Assembly (NCBI GenBank): GCA_010909165.1 | Contig: MU008189.1 | Coordinates: 62,001-126,000 of the forward strand | DNA: 64,000 nucleotides | Direction of reading: 5' to 3' | From: Anthoceros angustus | Lineage: Eukaryota; Plantae; Anthocerotophyta | Part shown: positions 1 to 13,449 of the stretch, in pieces | Position numbering within the stretch: the stretch's first letter is position 1 | Layout: each line of letters opens with the position of its first letter | Position numbers and translations under genes: made by a program | The notes under the pieces: generated by a model | Seen by the model: the letters and a program-made list of their open reading frames with translations, nothing else | Databases searched by the model: none | Told to the model about the DNA's origin: nothing

Positions 1-3000
1 AGAGGATGATGCACTTATGGGTGCTCCATACTTGCTTCATATGCAACCAGTGTCGGTCGACAAGACACCAAGTGATCCCCAGGAGATTGGTAATGCAGAG
101 CCACAAGCATCGGCAGTTGTAGAGGGCCAGCTCAGCGATGGAATGGAGCACATGTTTTCTGCATCGGCGCTGTTGTTTGGATCAGATCTCCGGCTGAATG
201 AGGTAATGTAAACTACTGAACGCTAGATTGCTTGGAATCAGGAGTGTCGACTCTGATTGTAGGTTGCATTTCGTATATGGTGCATTGCTGAGAGCAAGGT
301 ATCTTGCCTCTTTGCAGGTTAGGCGGCTACTTGGTTCGTCAAAGCCCGTAGCTGTCAGCACAGCCCACTCTCCTGATCTGAGTGACCCAGACCTAGTTGC
401 ACAGCAGCAGGTGAGTCGTGATGCAGGGCCACACTTGCTGGGCTCGGTTAGAGTTTTGCAGACTGATGACCATTATCAACACTTCGGTTTCTCTGGCCTA
501 GGCACAATTGTGGCAGCTTGCCCAAAGGACAACTGCGCTACCATTTGGTCGGGGCTCATTCACACTTGCCACACTTAGGCTTCTTCTGACAGAGGTGTGT
601 GCATATGCTTGCCAATGAACTGCTGAATGATGTCTGTGTTTGTTCGGCATTATAGTGCTTGTTTTGTGCAGGCGCTGCCAATACCTAAGCTTGTGTTAGC
701 CGGAAGGCTTCCATCACAGCACGATGCAACTGTGAGTGCTGACACACAAGATTGCTTATGTTGTGAGATCAGCTTTTGGTTGCAGGGACTTGTGAACTGA
801 CACTGCTTTGCCTGTGGCAGGTGAATCTAGACAGCAGTACAGGAAATTTACAGGATCTGACGTCTTGGCCTGAATTTCACAATGGCGTAGCTGCTGGCCT
901 AAGGGTTGCTCCTTGTCAGGTCGATCTCTCATATCATAGCTGTCTGTAAATGCAACCAGACACTGCAGTCTGTCTTCTGGGTTCCCCTTCCGTGGCTCAT
1001 GGGTTTTTTGGTGTTTAGGCAAAGATCACTCGTGCATGGATATTATACAACAAACCAGACGAGTTCACTCATGCCCATGCTGGTGTCTTAATGGCCTTGG
1101 GTTTGCATAAACATCTAGGAGTTCTGGATGCGACAGATGTGTACCGCTACTTGTCAGAGGTGCTTCCCTTCTTCAGTGGTATGCTTGTATTGTGGAGATC
1201 CAACAACCACTTGATCACGGAGACTGTCTTTGTGGGTTGAGGATTGTTTGCACAACGTTTTCGTGGACTATGGCACAGGAACATGAGGCTACAACTGTGG
1301 GTTTACTTTTAGGAATGGCCTCTGCACATCGAGGCACAATGGACCCTGCAATATCCAAGGTAGCGTTTCACCTCTGTCTGACTTGGTATTTACTGTAACG
1401 TTTTGGTTGCCTTTTGGCATTCTCTGGCACTTTGAAGGGCAGGGACGTGCTGTGCTGGTGTAGTTTAATTATGCTCAGTTCTGATTGTAGATGCTGTACC
1501 TCCACATTCCTGCCCGTCATCCGCCATCCTTTCCAGAGCTGGAGCTGCCTACTCTGATGCAGGTGTGACAGAACTGGCTCATCGTCCATTTTTGTTGTCT
1601 GGAATGTTGATGTTGCCTCAAGCCAAAGCATAACTAGTAATTAGCTTTCTGGCATCACAAGCGAAGAAAGGGTCGATGAGTTCATGCTTATGTACTTGTT
1701 GCTGTGTAGCTACTTCGTGGTTGCTGCATACACTGCAGCTGGTCTACTTTTCTCCAGAGATGCAAAACATACTAGCATTAGACGTCATGAAAAGATGGTT
1801 ATTGGCGTTAGTGTTCAAAGATCACTATGAGGCTTCAATCAGCACTAATTCTGTGCATTTTCCAATGTTTATTTCAGTCAGCAGCCCTCATGGCAGTTGG
1901 TCTGTTGTATCAAGGATCTGCCCATCGTCTAACGACAGAGATTCTTCTAGTAAGTCTACTCTCTTTCAATTTCAAGCGTTGCATTTATTTTCTCAGTTTG
2001 TGCAATTTCTGCCATCAATAGAGGTCGTACAAGAAGCTGGGTTCTAGCTCAAAAGTCTTGAGAATGTTTTGGAGTATCTTCTCCAACTGAGAACTTGTTT
2101 TTCTGTGACTTGCAGGCTGAGATTGGTCGAAAACCAGGAAGTGATCTTGGTCTGGAGAGGGAGGGTTACGCACTGGCAGCAGGGTTGGCACTTGGCTTGG
2201 TAACACTAGGTGCGAGTTGACGTCTGTGTTGGGACATCCTGAATCAGTTCCGCTCCAAGTTTCAGTGCTGACTGAATCCAGGTTTTACTGCAAATTTTTT
2301 ATGTCATCCAGGTAGGGGGCGAGATGCATGGGGTCTTGCAGATTTATGCATCGAAGATCGTCTCAAGCATCTGATGTTCGGTGGTGTGGAGCCCCTTGAT
2401 GTACACATAAGACTCTCCCTCACACATTGCATGCATTTGTTTCATGTCAATTCCTAGTGTCACAAATTCATGTGAGTGTGTTCATTATCACCTGGAGCTT
2501 TGCAGCACAGGAACCTTGGGCTTTTTACTCAAATCTCCTGCGCCCACCGGGTTCCCTGAGTTCCTTGATCATGGTCCTTGCCAGGAGCGTAGGAGAAGGT
2601 TTGATGGAAGTGTTCATTCTTCAGCTCCGAGAAGCCTCGATGACTTGCATGGGCAGGTATGCTTCTCCACCTTCAACACTTGTCTACTGTCCCATTAGTC
2701 AGTCCTTTGGAGAAAAACATGGACAGTATCTTATGCAGGTGTATCTTATGCAGGTAATGGAGGGTTCCATGGTAAATCTAGATGTGACAGCACCGGGAGC
2801 AACATTAGCGTTGGGCCTGATGTTTCTCAAGGTGAGCTAAAACCTGATTTCAGCTTCTGTGAAGCTATAGATTGGTGTGTGACTGCCAATGCATTGTGGA
2901 TCTGATACCTGAGTTACACACAGACAAATTCTGAAGCTGTGGCAGCAAGACTGTCAATTCCAGAGACTCACTTTGCACTTGAATATGTGAGACCTGACTT

Positions 3001-6000
3001 CATCTTACTGCGCCTGGTGGCTCGGAGTTTGATCTTGTGGGACAGGTACATCGGGCCTTGGAATACTCCAACCATAGTCTGACTAACAATCTCATTTTGT
3101 GATCTTATGCATTCCTCTGACCACTTTGCAGTGTACAAGCTTCGGAGGAGTGGATTCAATCGCAAATGCCTTCCATTGTGAAGGAGTCTATGGATCTAGA
3201 GAAGAGACCAGCTGAGATGCTACTCGCAGATGCTGACTATGAAGCTCTTGCTCAAGCGCATGTCAATATTCTTGCTGGTGCTTGTCTGTCTATTGGTACG
3301 TAGAACCACAGCTTGCCAAACTCGGCATCCTGGATGATTTCGTATTTTGGGGGCTAATTAATGAGATTATGACGGCTTTTGGGTTGCGCAGGTTTGCGGT
3401 ATGCAGGTACAGCAAGTGTAGAAGCTCAGCAACTGCTCTACAAATATGCCTTATACTTCATAAAAGAGGTCAGTCTAGGGTCATCCAGGAGTCCATGATT
3501 CTGCCCTGGAGCTCAAACTAACTATGTTTGCTTGCAAGCAGAAACGGGCTGCAACACCTGTTGGAGGAAGTGGCAGCCCCAATGATAGGAAGACATATGT
3601 TGACCGGAACACCCTTGAAACTTGTCTCAATGTGGTGATACTTTCCTTGAGTGTGGTACGGTTCTCACTGGGACAATTGCTCTGTCTCTTAAGCCACACA
3701 CATCCAGGACTGTACAACGGTTTCCCTTTCCCTTTATACAGGTTATGGCAGGAACAGGACACTTGGGGACATTTCGCCTGCTACGATATCTTCGTCGGAG
3801 GAACGATACAGATGCGGCTATCAGTTATGGCAACCACATGGCGGTCAGTTAAGTGGATATTTTCATCGTTGCACTTGACATCCTTTTGCTAAATGGTTTC
3901 TGACCTGTCTACGTGGGCTGTTTTCCACCCAGATAAGCATGGCAATTGGTTTTCTCTTCTTAGGAGGCGGAGCCGCAACATTTGCCACGAACAATGGTGC
4001 TGTTGCAGCTCTGTTGATTGCATTGTACCCTCGGTTTCCAACTGCCCCAAATGATCATCGATGCCATCTGCAGGTGATATACATCAGGAAATGTAGTCTG
4101 AATGAACCTTTTCCCCTATTGCTGTTGTGAGCAGTTCCATCTGGCCTCTTCACTCACTTTGGGTATCACAGGCCTTTCGTCACTTATATGTCCTGGCTAC
4201 AGAAGGACGTTGTGTACAGACTGTGGATGTTGATACTGGTGTGCCTGTATATGTCCCAATTGAGATCACACTGAGGGAGACACCTTTTCACCGGGAGAGC
4301 ATCATATCCCGGATAACTCCATGCCTACTACCTGAGCGCTCTGGTGTAAGATTTTTACGGAACTATGATTGATCACTACATGATTGAGTGCGCCCCCCTG
4401 TAAGTTGCTGGAAACATGCTGAACTCGCAGGAACTGCCTTGCTATGCAGCTCAAGCGATTGCGCATTTGTGGACCTAGATATTGGCCCCAGGATATTGAG
4501 CTGCAGCCAAGAGGTATGCTACTGTTCTTTTGCGGTTGTGAGCCAAGGTGGTACATGTAGCAACATGCTCGCCTGTTGTGAACTCTGTTGTCACCTTCAA
4601 GAAGGCAGTGCGGGCATGTGTATTCTGTAGCTTATACATTAACTGTACTCTGGTGTTCCAGTATAGCTAGTTCCCTGTCGCATGTATGTCAGCTGGGCCC
4701 TCCTCTTTCTACTGCAGAGCAACCATGGTGGACTGCTGGTGAGGTTGGTGGACCCTTGAATGACGGTGTAATCTATGTTAAGCGGAAAGTTGGTGCTCGC
4801 TCGTATGCGGATGACCCAATCGGCTGCCGCTCTTTGCTTTCTCGAGCTCTTCACAAGGTTGGCTGCCCTTGCTTTCCATTTTAGATGGTTGATGACATAG
4901 TAAACTGACTTGATGAGCAGCATTTCACCTGGACCCAGCTCACTGAGAAGCTTAAATCTGTGGATTACTTGCAAGTTACAGGACAGTGGTGGAAGTGGTC
5001 TCGCACCATCAGAAAGTGGAGACGTTCCACCTGTGGGGACTTCAAGCGTTGATCAACTTATCAGCACGTTCTCTGCTGACCCAAGCATGCTGGCGTTCGG
5101 ACAACTCCTTTGCAGGCCCTCACCAGCAAGGTGAGAGGACTACCCTTGGATTGTATGATATTTTACGGAACCAGCAAGCTGACATTTTCACCTTTCTCGC
5201 ATCTAATACAGTGCTTTGCAGGAAAGTAGCTGACGAATTTGAAGACTTCTGCCTTCAATCGCTGTTTGAATGTGTCAGCACCGATAGGCCAGTGCTGCTG
5301 CAGGTTTGCCTGCACATTTCCTTGATTCAACTTGTTACCTTTTTTTATGGGCGAAGAGTTTGGCCCCCGTAACGTGGAGTCTGGTTGGCAGACTTATATG
5401 GCTCTCTATACAACTGTGGAGGCACTGGTGAACCGTCTCGAAGGTCGAGGTAGCAGTGTCATGTATTTTGGGAATGACACTGTGTCTCTGTACAGCCTCA
5501 AGGTACAGCTGTGTATACACGTCTGCACGCTGAAAATCTTGAAACGATTGACAAGTTCCAGGCATGTTGGACTGAGGATGCTAGTTTGCTCCTGCAGATT
5601 GCCCTAGCGTATACTGAAGCTGTGAGCCAGGCAGGTGTTTCATGCCTCAAGGGCGAGTCAATCATACAGCCCACGTTCCTTTCTGCCCTTGCCAAGCGTG
5701 TTGATGAAGCATTCGATACATTCCATGGGCGCAGAAGCAGTCGAGACTCTGAAGCTGCTGTGCTAGCACGATATATCGAGGCCAGAGAGTGGCCCATCGG
5801 GACAGCCAGAGGTACAGATATCTGGCGGGTGAGGAAGCATCCCATGATGAATGGGATCATGTTCGCGTGCTACCTGTGCTGGTATGATGTCCCACAGCCA
5901 GGGGCTTTACAAGCCGCCATCCAGCAAGTATCCCGGTTTCCTGTTGATTTCAGGAGATTCTTGATGGAGTCCGACGCAGTGCTACCAGTATTGGCTTCCT

Positions 6001-6068
6001 TGGTGGCTGGGACGTCAACCCAAGCTCTGCTCCGTGTTAGTGGTTGTCTCCCCCTCCTGGACCACTGA
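1..6068 (+). CDS. APC1: Anaphase-promoting complex subunit 1, 3' portion (multi-exon; 5' end lies outside the window)
   Basis: Spliced exons give the APC1 PC-repeat region motifs MLYLHIPARHPPSFPELELPTLMQ, SAALMAVGLLYQGSAHR, NLDVTAPGATLALGLMFLK, YGNHMA/MAIGFLFLGGG and ALYPRFP..NDHRCHLQ/AFRHLYVLATE. Introns are GT-AG and the stop is TGA at 6066-6068. Confidence 0.93.
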
Positions 6069-6164
6069 CTTCGTTGGTGAACTCTGATTTTCAGATGTTG
6101 GTTTTGCCAAACAAGAATAAAGCTTGTTCCCACAATTGTTGTGACGTGCACTTTGAGCATATGC

Positions 6165-9100
6165 TCACATAACAGCTTGCCTCCTGCGCAGATCTTGGAG
6201 CAGTCCATAAAGCACTGCGTCCTGTTCATGTTTCCGCTGTCCAACCAGAAACGTGTGTACTTGATCCTGATGCTCTATCCAGCTCTGACCGGGTTTCTTC
6301 CATGCACCTGCCATGTGCCTCAGGTCATCCACTTCCTCGGCGGAATCCATCAGTCCAGCATCTGCGTATATATTTGACATGAGCACGTAGGGTGCAGCTT
6401 GTGTGGGCTCTAAAGCCACAGCAGCATCAAATGCCCGCTTTCCCAACGCCACATTCCCGTGCTTCCGGCAGGCACCTAGCAGACATAACCATACAGGCAG
6501 ATCTGGCTGCATCGGCATCGAGGACAGCAAATCCTGTGCGTTGCTGAAGAGCCCTGCTCTGCTAACAATGTCAATCAAACAAGCATAATGCTGCAGCTCG
6601 GGGAACAGGCCATAATCTCGTCTCATACTCTCAAAGTACTCCAGTCCTTTGTCCACCATCCCCGAGTAAGCACACGCAGACAGGAGTGCCAGGAAGGTGA
6701 CATTGTCCGGCTTCACACCTTCCTGAAGCATGCCCTGGTAGCACTCCATGCTTTGCCCGCAGTCTCCCAGCCGAGCATACCCCGCAATCAGGGCAGTCCA
6801 GGACACTACGTCGGGATGCTGCAGAGAGTCGAACACAGACTGAGCATCCACCATGCTTCCACATTTGCTGTATGCGTGAATCAGGCTTGTGGCCAAAGAA
6901 TGACTGCACGGAAATCCTCTTTGCAGAATGCTTTGGTGCACGTTCCTGCAAACATCAAGTGCCCCGGTCTCGCTGCACGCTTCGAGGACAGACACAAGAG
7001 TTGCATCGTCCGAGGTCACACCTTCCGCATCCATCCGGGCATAGAGCTGCAGAGCCTCTCCTCCTTGGCCGTGCTCAACGTGGGCAGCAAGCATGGCATT
7101 CCAGGACACCACGTCCCGGTAGGGCAGCCTGTCGAACACCTGCTTCGCATCCCGGATGCTCCCACACTTAGCGTACATGCTCACCAGGGCGTTGCCCACG
7201 AAGACTTCAGACTCGAAGGCCCTGCTTATGACCTCTGCATGCACCTTCTTCCCGGCCAGGAGAGACTCCACCTTGAGCGACAGCTTTAGGTCTTGCTCGT
7301 CTGCGACAAGTGCAGACTGCTCCCGTTCTGCAAGGCTGCCACATGCTTGGAGAGCGGCGACAAAGGTTCGAACACTGGGCTTCATTCCATGCTCGTGCAT
7401 GTGTTGGTAGATCTGCAGAGCCCTTTCTGCACCCTGCCCCTGCTCCTGCTGGCCGTATGCAGCTAGCAGTGCATTCCACGACACCACATTCCTCTCAGAC
7501 AGGCCATCGAAGACCTGCTGTGCATCCACGATGCTTCCACACTTCCCGTACATGCTGAGCAGAGCAGTGCCCACGAAGAGGTCGGATTGAAAACCCCGGG
7601 CAGTGACTTCTGCATGCAGTTCCCTGCCCTTGGTCAGGGACTGGAGCTTCATGCTCTGCCCATCCACCACTGTGCTTTCCTCCTCTTCGGCCAGGCTACC
7701 ACACGCTCTCAACAAGCTGACAAAGGTCCATGCGTCTGGCCTCACACCGTCATGTTGCATTCGCCTAAAAATGTGCAAGGCCTTCCCACCCTGGCCCTGT
7801 TGAGCATAGGCTGCAAGTAGAGCATTCCAAGACACTACGTCATGGTCAGATATCATATCGAATACCTTCTCTGCACTTTGTATGCTCCCACACTTTGTGT
7901 ACATGGCAACCAAGGTGTTGCCCACGAAGACATCGGATTCATAGCCACACACAATGGCTCTGTAGTGTATTTCCTTCCCTTTTCGCAGTGATGCCACCTT
8001 GACAGTTTCCCGATTGTTCAGAAGTACAGCTCCTTCCTTTTCTGCCAGGCTGCCACAAGCCTGCAACGCACTGACAAAGGTTCGTGCTTCCGGCCTGATG
8101 CCTTCCTCCTGCATTTGCCTGAAAAGCTCCAAGGCTGTCTCGCCCTGGCCCTGCTGAGCATATGCCGCAAGCAGTGCATTCCAGGACACTACATCGCGCT
8201 GGGACAATCTGTCAAACACCTGCTGTGCATCAGCGATGCTCCCACACTTTGCGTACATGCTTACCAAGGTGTTTCCTACAAACACATCTGTGTCCAACCC
8301 CTGTCTCGTGGTTGCACCATGGATTTGCATGCCTTGTTCCAGGTCCTCTAACTTGCTACATGCCTTTATCAAGCTTACAAAGGTGTACGGATTGGGCTCC
8401 ACCCCTTCCTGCTGCATCTGCTTGTAGCGTGCAAGAGCTTCCCTGCATTTTCCAGAGTTGCTCAACCCAGAAATGATGGCTGTCCAAGAGAAAACAGTTC
8501 TCTGCGAGAGTCTCTCGAACACCTGAAGCCCATCAGCAAACCTTCCACAGTTCACCAGCGTGGTTACAAGAAGGTTGCCCAGGGTCGTGTTTGCTTCTAA
8601 CGCGTTTCTCCTCAGATGAGCTTGCACACGCTTGGTCTCCACAGAGGCCTTCTGTTTCATGCACAACTGCAACAGATTCTTATACACGTGCATCTCAGGC
8701 ACATATCCCTCCTCATCCATACGCTTTAGGACAGCCATTGCTTTGTCCAGCCGTCCCTCCTTGCATAAGGCACGTATTTCAGAGTCTTCTTCAGCATTTC
8801 CACCACGTTTCCTGCCAAGGCCAAACAAGTCCAACCATCACACCGAGCAGTTGGCCAGCTACATTCTCGTGTCATTCCACTGACAATGTAAACTTCACAA
8901 CAGATAGAAAAATACCCCGCACGCCCTGCAGTCAAAATTGACGCAGAAACACTGTAAGCCCCTCCCCTCCAAACAACAAGTCGAGGATTCTGGACCAGAA
9001 TGTGATGCAACCAAGCAGTCTGCTTCTCCAGCCACACAGCACTGGACCTCTTTTGCCTACAATTGGATGGACTCTTTTCAACAGATAACAGCAAAGCCAG

Positions 9101-9172
9101 ATCAAACACCCTCGAGCTGCTGAACAAATCCATGTGATCAGCACACGAAAGTCCATGGCACGCACTCCTCAT
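6165..9172 (-). CDS. PLS-class PPR protein with LL-type long motifs, E1/E2/E+ end, no DYW domain
   Basis: 889-aa ORF (6165-8834) of P-L-S triplets ending KKPGQSWIE...VHTF. It has no in-frame ATG at its 5' end. A putative exon 1 (ATG at 9172 to 8916) and intron 8915-8812 restore the frame, so the start is tentative. Confidence 0.88.
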
Positions 9173-9330
9173 TTCGTGCGAGTGAATGGTCCTCAGACCA
9201 CAGGACCAATTTCGTCCTCGGTGACACTCTTGAAAGCTGCATAGGTACATAGTTCTTGAAGAGCAAATTGGTTAAGTACAAATTCCATGTTTTTAGTAGC
9301 GGTCTGCTGCATACCTAGGTCTCTTGTTTT

Positions 9331-9404
9331 TGTGTCCAAATGGACACACATTAATAAGAACGCCGTGATTAAGCATCCTGAGCTTGGATCGGTACTTAGA
9401 TGGG
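9331..9404 (+). repeat. Partial copy of a dispersed SINE-like repeat
   Basis: tgtgtccaaatggacacacattaataagaacgccgtgattaagcatcctgagcttggatcggtacttagatggg matches 49790-49878 and the reverse complement of ~58433-58517. Confidence 0.8.
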
Positions 9405-9779
9405 ATTGAATCTTGTCTTGGTCGAATTCTGAGTTTGGGCATGTGCATCTGGGTGTCAGTGGTCTCTCAATTTCAGCGTTCGAATACCCAATCTGGGGAG
9501 ATATGTAGTCACCGGGTTGCTTGAGATTGCTGAGGCCACACATAATGTTCAGATAAATGAAGCAGCAGATCGGGAGGCAATACTTGCATCCAACGGGACG
9601 CGGAGCACAATAATATATTTTATGGAAAATTTATAACAACGATGGTGAGGAACGCAATTACGACGAGTCACGACCCCTGTGATATTCTACAACGCGAACG
9701 GACAGAATAAAGCGCGATTTGCTCTAGAACAAGAAGAATTTGCTTTGATGTTGTGCAATGCACCCATTGATTGGGGCTC

Positions 9780-10394
9780 TCAGAGGTAGAGAACTATCGC
9801 GCTTTCGTCAACTGAATCAGAATACATGGCGCTACACTTGCAACCAAGCACCTCGTAGATCGCATCCGGCTCTTCGATGAGCTGGAGATGACACAGTAGA
9901 AGCTTGTCACCATTAAGATTGATAACTAATCTACTCTCGTCCTCGCAGGCAACCTGAAGTTCAACTCGAGGTCCTTGCACATTGATTTCCAATATCGTTT
10001 ACGGGCGTGAGAAGTGTACCGCTAATAGTCTCCTAGAGTTGGTGATTGATAACTAATCTAGAAGACTCTAGGAGACTAGAATACTGCCCTACGGAGCACA
10101 TGGGTGCTGACATCTTGACGAAGAGCCTACCACCTGACAAGCATATGACTTGTGCTACTCTCCTTAGAGTTTGTGCCCTTCCCTAGAAAGGATAATCTTT
10201 CCGCATAACACATCTAGTCAGAGGGGCAGTATTAGATTATTACATACTAGAATAGTTAGACACACATCCACATAAACGGTCACACCCCTTCAATGAGACT
10301 ACATAAGACTCATTGTACACGAGACACTTTATTTTTCTTATATATGAATTACTTCTGTTCCTTGTCCTTGCCTACTCACCTCCTATTCCAATAA
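9780..10394 (+). mobile_element. Decayed Ty1/Copia RNase H end, PPT and probable 3' LTR remnant
   Basis: Translates to ALSSTESEYMAL and ADILTKSLP. A purine tract gaggggcag at 10221-10229 is followed by tattag, a degenerate TGTTAG. Confidence 0.7.
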
Positions 10395-11075
10395 TACCGC
10401 CAGTCCCCTTCAAGGCACTTCTCCAGTTTGTCTCACTCTGCTTGTGAAGCTTGGGCTAGGTCTCACACTGGTGCTCACAGGAAACCTATGTAAGGACGCT
10501 AGCATGCCGGTGCCCTACAGAGGGAGTATACGGGCATAGGGTGCTAGCATATTTGCACCTTTATTTGTATATATTATTTTCACATCATAAAATTTTGTTG
10601 TCTCCTAGAGTTGGTGAAGTCGTAAAAAGCAAGAATCATAGGTTGCGAGTTCAAGATCTTTGCTGTAGTTTTTAAACTAGTTAAGTTGAGTTTCTTTTAG
10701 GGCGCTACCATTCAAGTAAAATTAAAAGCCAAGGGCAAAGCGCTGGCATGCCCGTGCCCACACAACAGTACTCTCAGGTCCTCTAACAAAAAACACATGA
10801 AGTTTCCAGATCTCGACAGCTAGTACCCATTGCCTCCTATCAAAATTGCCTAAAATTGTGATTTAGTTATTGTGCAGTTTTTTGGAAGCGGCTCCAATTC
10901 TCCCAGAAAGAAGCATTGTATATTTAGCCGCTTCAAATATTATCTTGTTTTTTGGCCCATTTATCAGACCGCGCAGGGCGTGATGAACTTCCAGGGAAAA
11001 TGTTGACATTGCATATACCTTTGACGCCCCCTAAAAGGAAGCATGCCCGTAAGTCTAGATAGAAATTGTTGCTTT

Positions 11076-11751
11076 TGTCATGCCGTGTGATACTAATCTC
11101 TGCACTTGGGTTTATTGTTTAATTAGCATTAATTAATCTAATTACTTATCTTTAGGTAAGTAATTAGGGTTAATTAATCTAATGTACTTATGTTAATTAA
11201 GCATTTATTAGTGTTAATTAATGGAAGGTGCTTATGTTAATTAAGCATTGATTAGTGTTAATCAAGCATGGTTACCAATAGCTAAGTGGATAAGCTCAAG
11301 TAATATGCTTTGGCATATTCCTTGCATATTATAGTGTATTCTTAGGATACAATAGCTAAGTGGATAAGCTCAAGTAATATGCTTGGCATATTCCTTGCAT
11401 ATTATAGTGTATTCTTAGGATATTTCCGGCATATGCTGATGCCAATCGGATATCTTAGGAATATGCCGATGCCAAGGGCTAGTATATGTAGACCCTTCCA
11501 TTGAGAACAAGCTCGGATCATAGCTTGTCATAATATGCAATGCAAGGGTGAGTGAGGCCAAAGCTATGACTCAGGAGGCGATGTATGAGGAATTTGCGTG
11601 TTGTTCTCGTGGGGAGAGTGTGTTTGTGCCACGATGTGCGAGCTACTCCCTCCTGTTGTTTTGCACCTATATATCTGCGTATTAGATTTGTTTGCTTGGT
11701 TGTTGGTCGAGGAAGTGCTTATATGAATTCAAGTGCTTACCTCGTGCGACA
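11076..11751 (+). mobile_element. Solo LTR (TG...CA) with 4-bp TSD CTTT
   Basis: Begins tgtcatgccg and ends cgtgcgaca, flanked by cttt on both sides. It contains an internal ~73-bp tandem duplication and is homologous to 12499-13142. Confidence 0.82.
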
Positions 11752-12498
11752 CTTTCCTCTCCGCATATTTTGGTAAACTTGTTTCTCGGCAAGGATTCAT
11801 TGCTATTGCTGGACTTGATTCCATTTTTAAGATTTCAAGGATTCGGTTGTTGTTCACGATTCATCTTGCATTCTTTATGACGAAAGGGTAGAGCAGTGCA
11901 TTCAAAACCTTTTTCAATCTAGGTTCGCCAGCGCGAAACACGGACCCGGCGGAATGCAGTCGTTACACTAGACATCCCACAACAAGACACCTCTCCGGAA
12001 GATGCCTTGTTCATTGAATACCAGGGGTAGTGTCATTCCAGTGTGTTGGACAACCAGTACAGTGTTTCACAATTTGATATTCATTTGTTCTAAGATGGGC
12101 TCAGTCTGTATATTAGTCTGTTTAGTAACAGAAATGCACTAGACGTCTAGCGTAGTTGCACTTTTGGTTTGGGCTACAGCTCATTTTGCTTTTTTGTTTG
12201 TGTTAGAGGTTCCGCGCAGTCTTGCTTATTCAATTGGCATTTTGCACTTAGGAGTCGACGATGATGAAGTGTGAGTATTTTCAGTTTGTGCTGGCAATTT
12301 ACGGAGGAATGGGCTTACTGTACACCCTGCTTTGAGCGTTTGTTGTTGATGAAAGCCCTTTCGCCGGCCGGTTCGCGTCACCTTTCCAGAATCTTCGAAA
12401 TCCCTTGTCGTTTTGTCTTGTAGTTGCGTTCCATCTTAAGCGTAAACCTAGATGTCGTGGGTGTTGTGTATAAATGTAGGTGGACAATGTTTGTCATT

Positions 12499-13142
12499 TG
12501 TCGCACGAGGTAAGCACTTGTATTCATATAAGCACTTGTTCAATAAACAAACAAGCAAAACAAATCTAATATGCAAATATAGGTGCAAACCAATAACAAT
12601 AGGAGGGAGTAGTTTGCACATCGTGGCACAAACACACTCTTCCCACGAGAACAATACGCAAATTCCTCACACATCACTCTCGGAGTTATAGCTTTGGCCT
12701 CCTCACAACACTCTTGCATTGCATATCTAGAGGACAAGCTATAATCTGAGCTTGTTCTTTGTGAAAGGGTCTATATATACTAACCCTTGACATCGGCATA
12801 TTCCTAAGATATCCTAGTTGCATCAGTATATGCCGGAAATATCCTAAGAATACACTATAATATGCAAGGAATATGCTAAAGCATATTACTTGAGCTTATC
12901 CACTTAGCTATTGCATGCTAGGAATACACTATAATAGGCAAAGAATATGCTAAAGCGTATTACTTGAGCTTATTCACTTAGCTATTGCTAACCATGTTTC
13001 ATTAATACTAATCAATGTTTAATTAACCTAAGTGCTTTAGATTAATTAGCACTAATTATTTACTTAAAGATGAGTAATTAGATTATTAATGCTAATCAAA
13101 CACTAAACCCAAGTGCAGAGATTAGTGTCTCACGGCATGACA
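12499..13142 (-). mobile_element. Solo LTR of the same family, inverted, with 4-bp TSD CATT
   Basis: Reverse-complement copy of 11076-11751, flanked by catt at 12495-12498 and 13143-13146. Confidence 0.82.
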
Positions 13143-13449
13143 CATTACATGAATGAACAATTGGATTTTTTTTCGTGTGGTGTTTTGACATGATTTTAGG
13201 GGGCTTTTTTTGAGTTTAACATAGGCTGCATTTCCTCATAAATTTATGAGGCCCAACCCCTTTTTTAGGAGACAAACCCTTTTCCCATGAAACATAGTTA
13301 TACACTTAACTTTCAAGTTTAAATTACGCCTGAAGACTGACTATGAAGTCTTGAGGCGTAACCCCCTTTTTAGGAGGCAAACCCCTTTCCGAGGAATCAC
13401 TGTTATACACAAAACTTTCAAGTTTTGAAGTCAAGACTTCAAGAAGTCT

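Noticed and set aside
6403-8941. Many antisense and alternate-frame ORFs over the PPR genes (also over the other PPRs, IPMS, the P450 and MO25)
   Set aside because: These are shadows of real coding sequence with repetitive codon structure and no recognisable domains.
11076-13142. Single foldback or MULE element with long TIRs
   Set aside because: Each arm has its own TG..CA ends and a separate 4-bp TSD, and no shared TSD flanks the pair.
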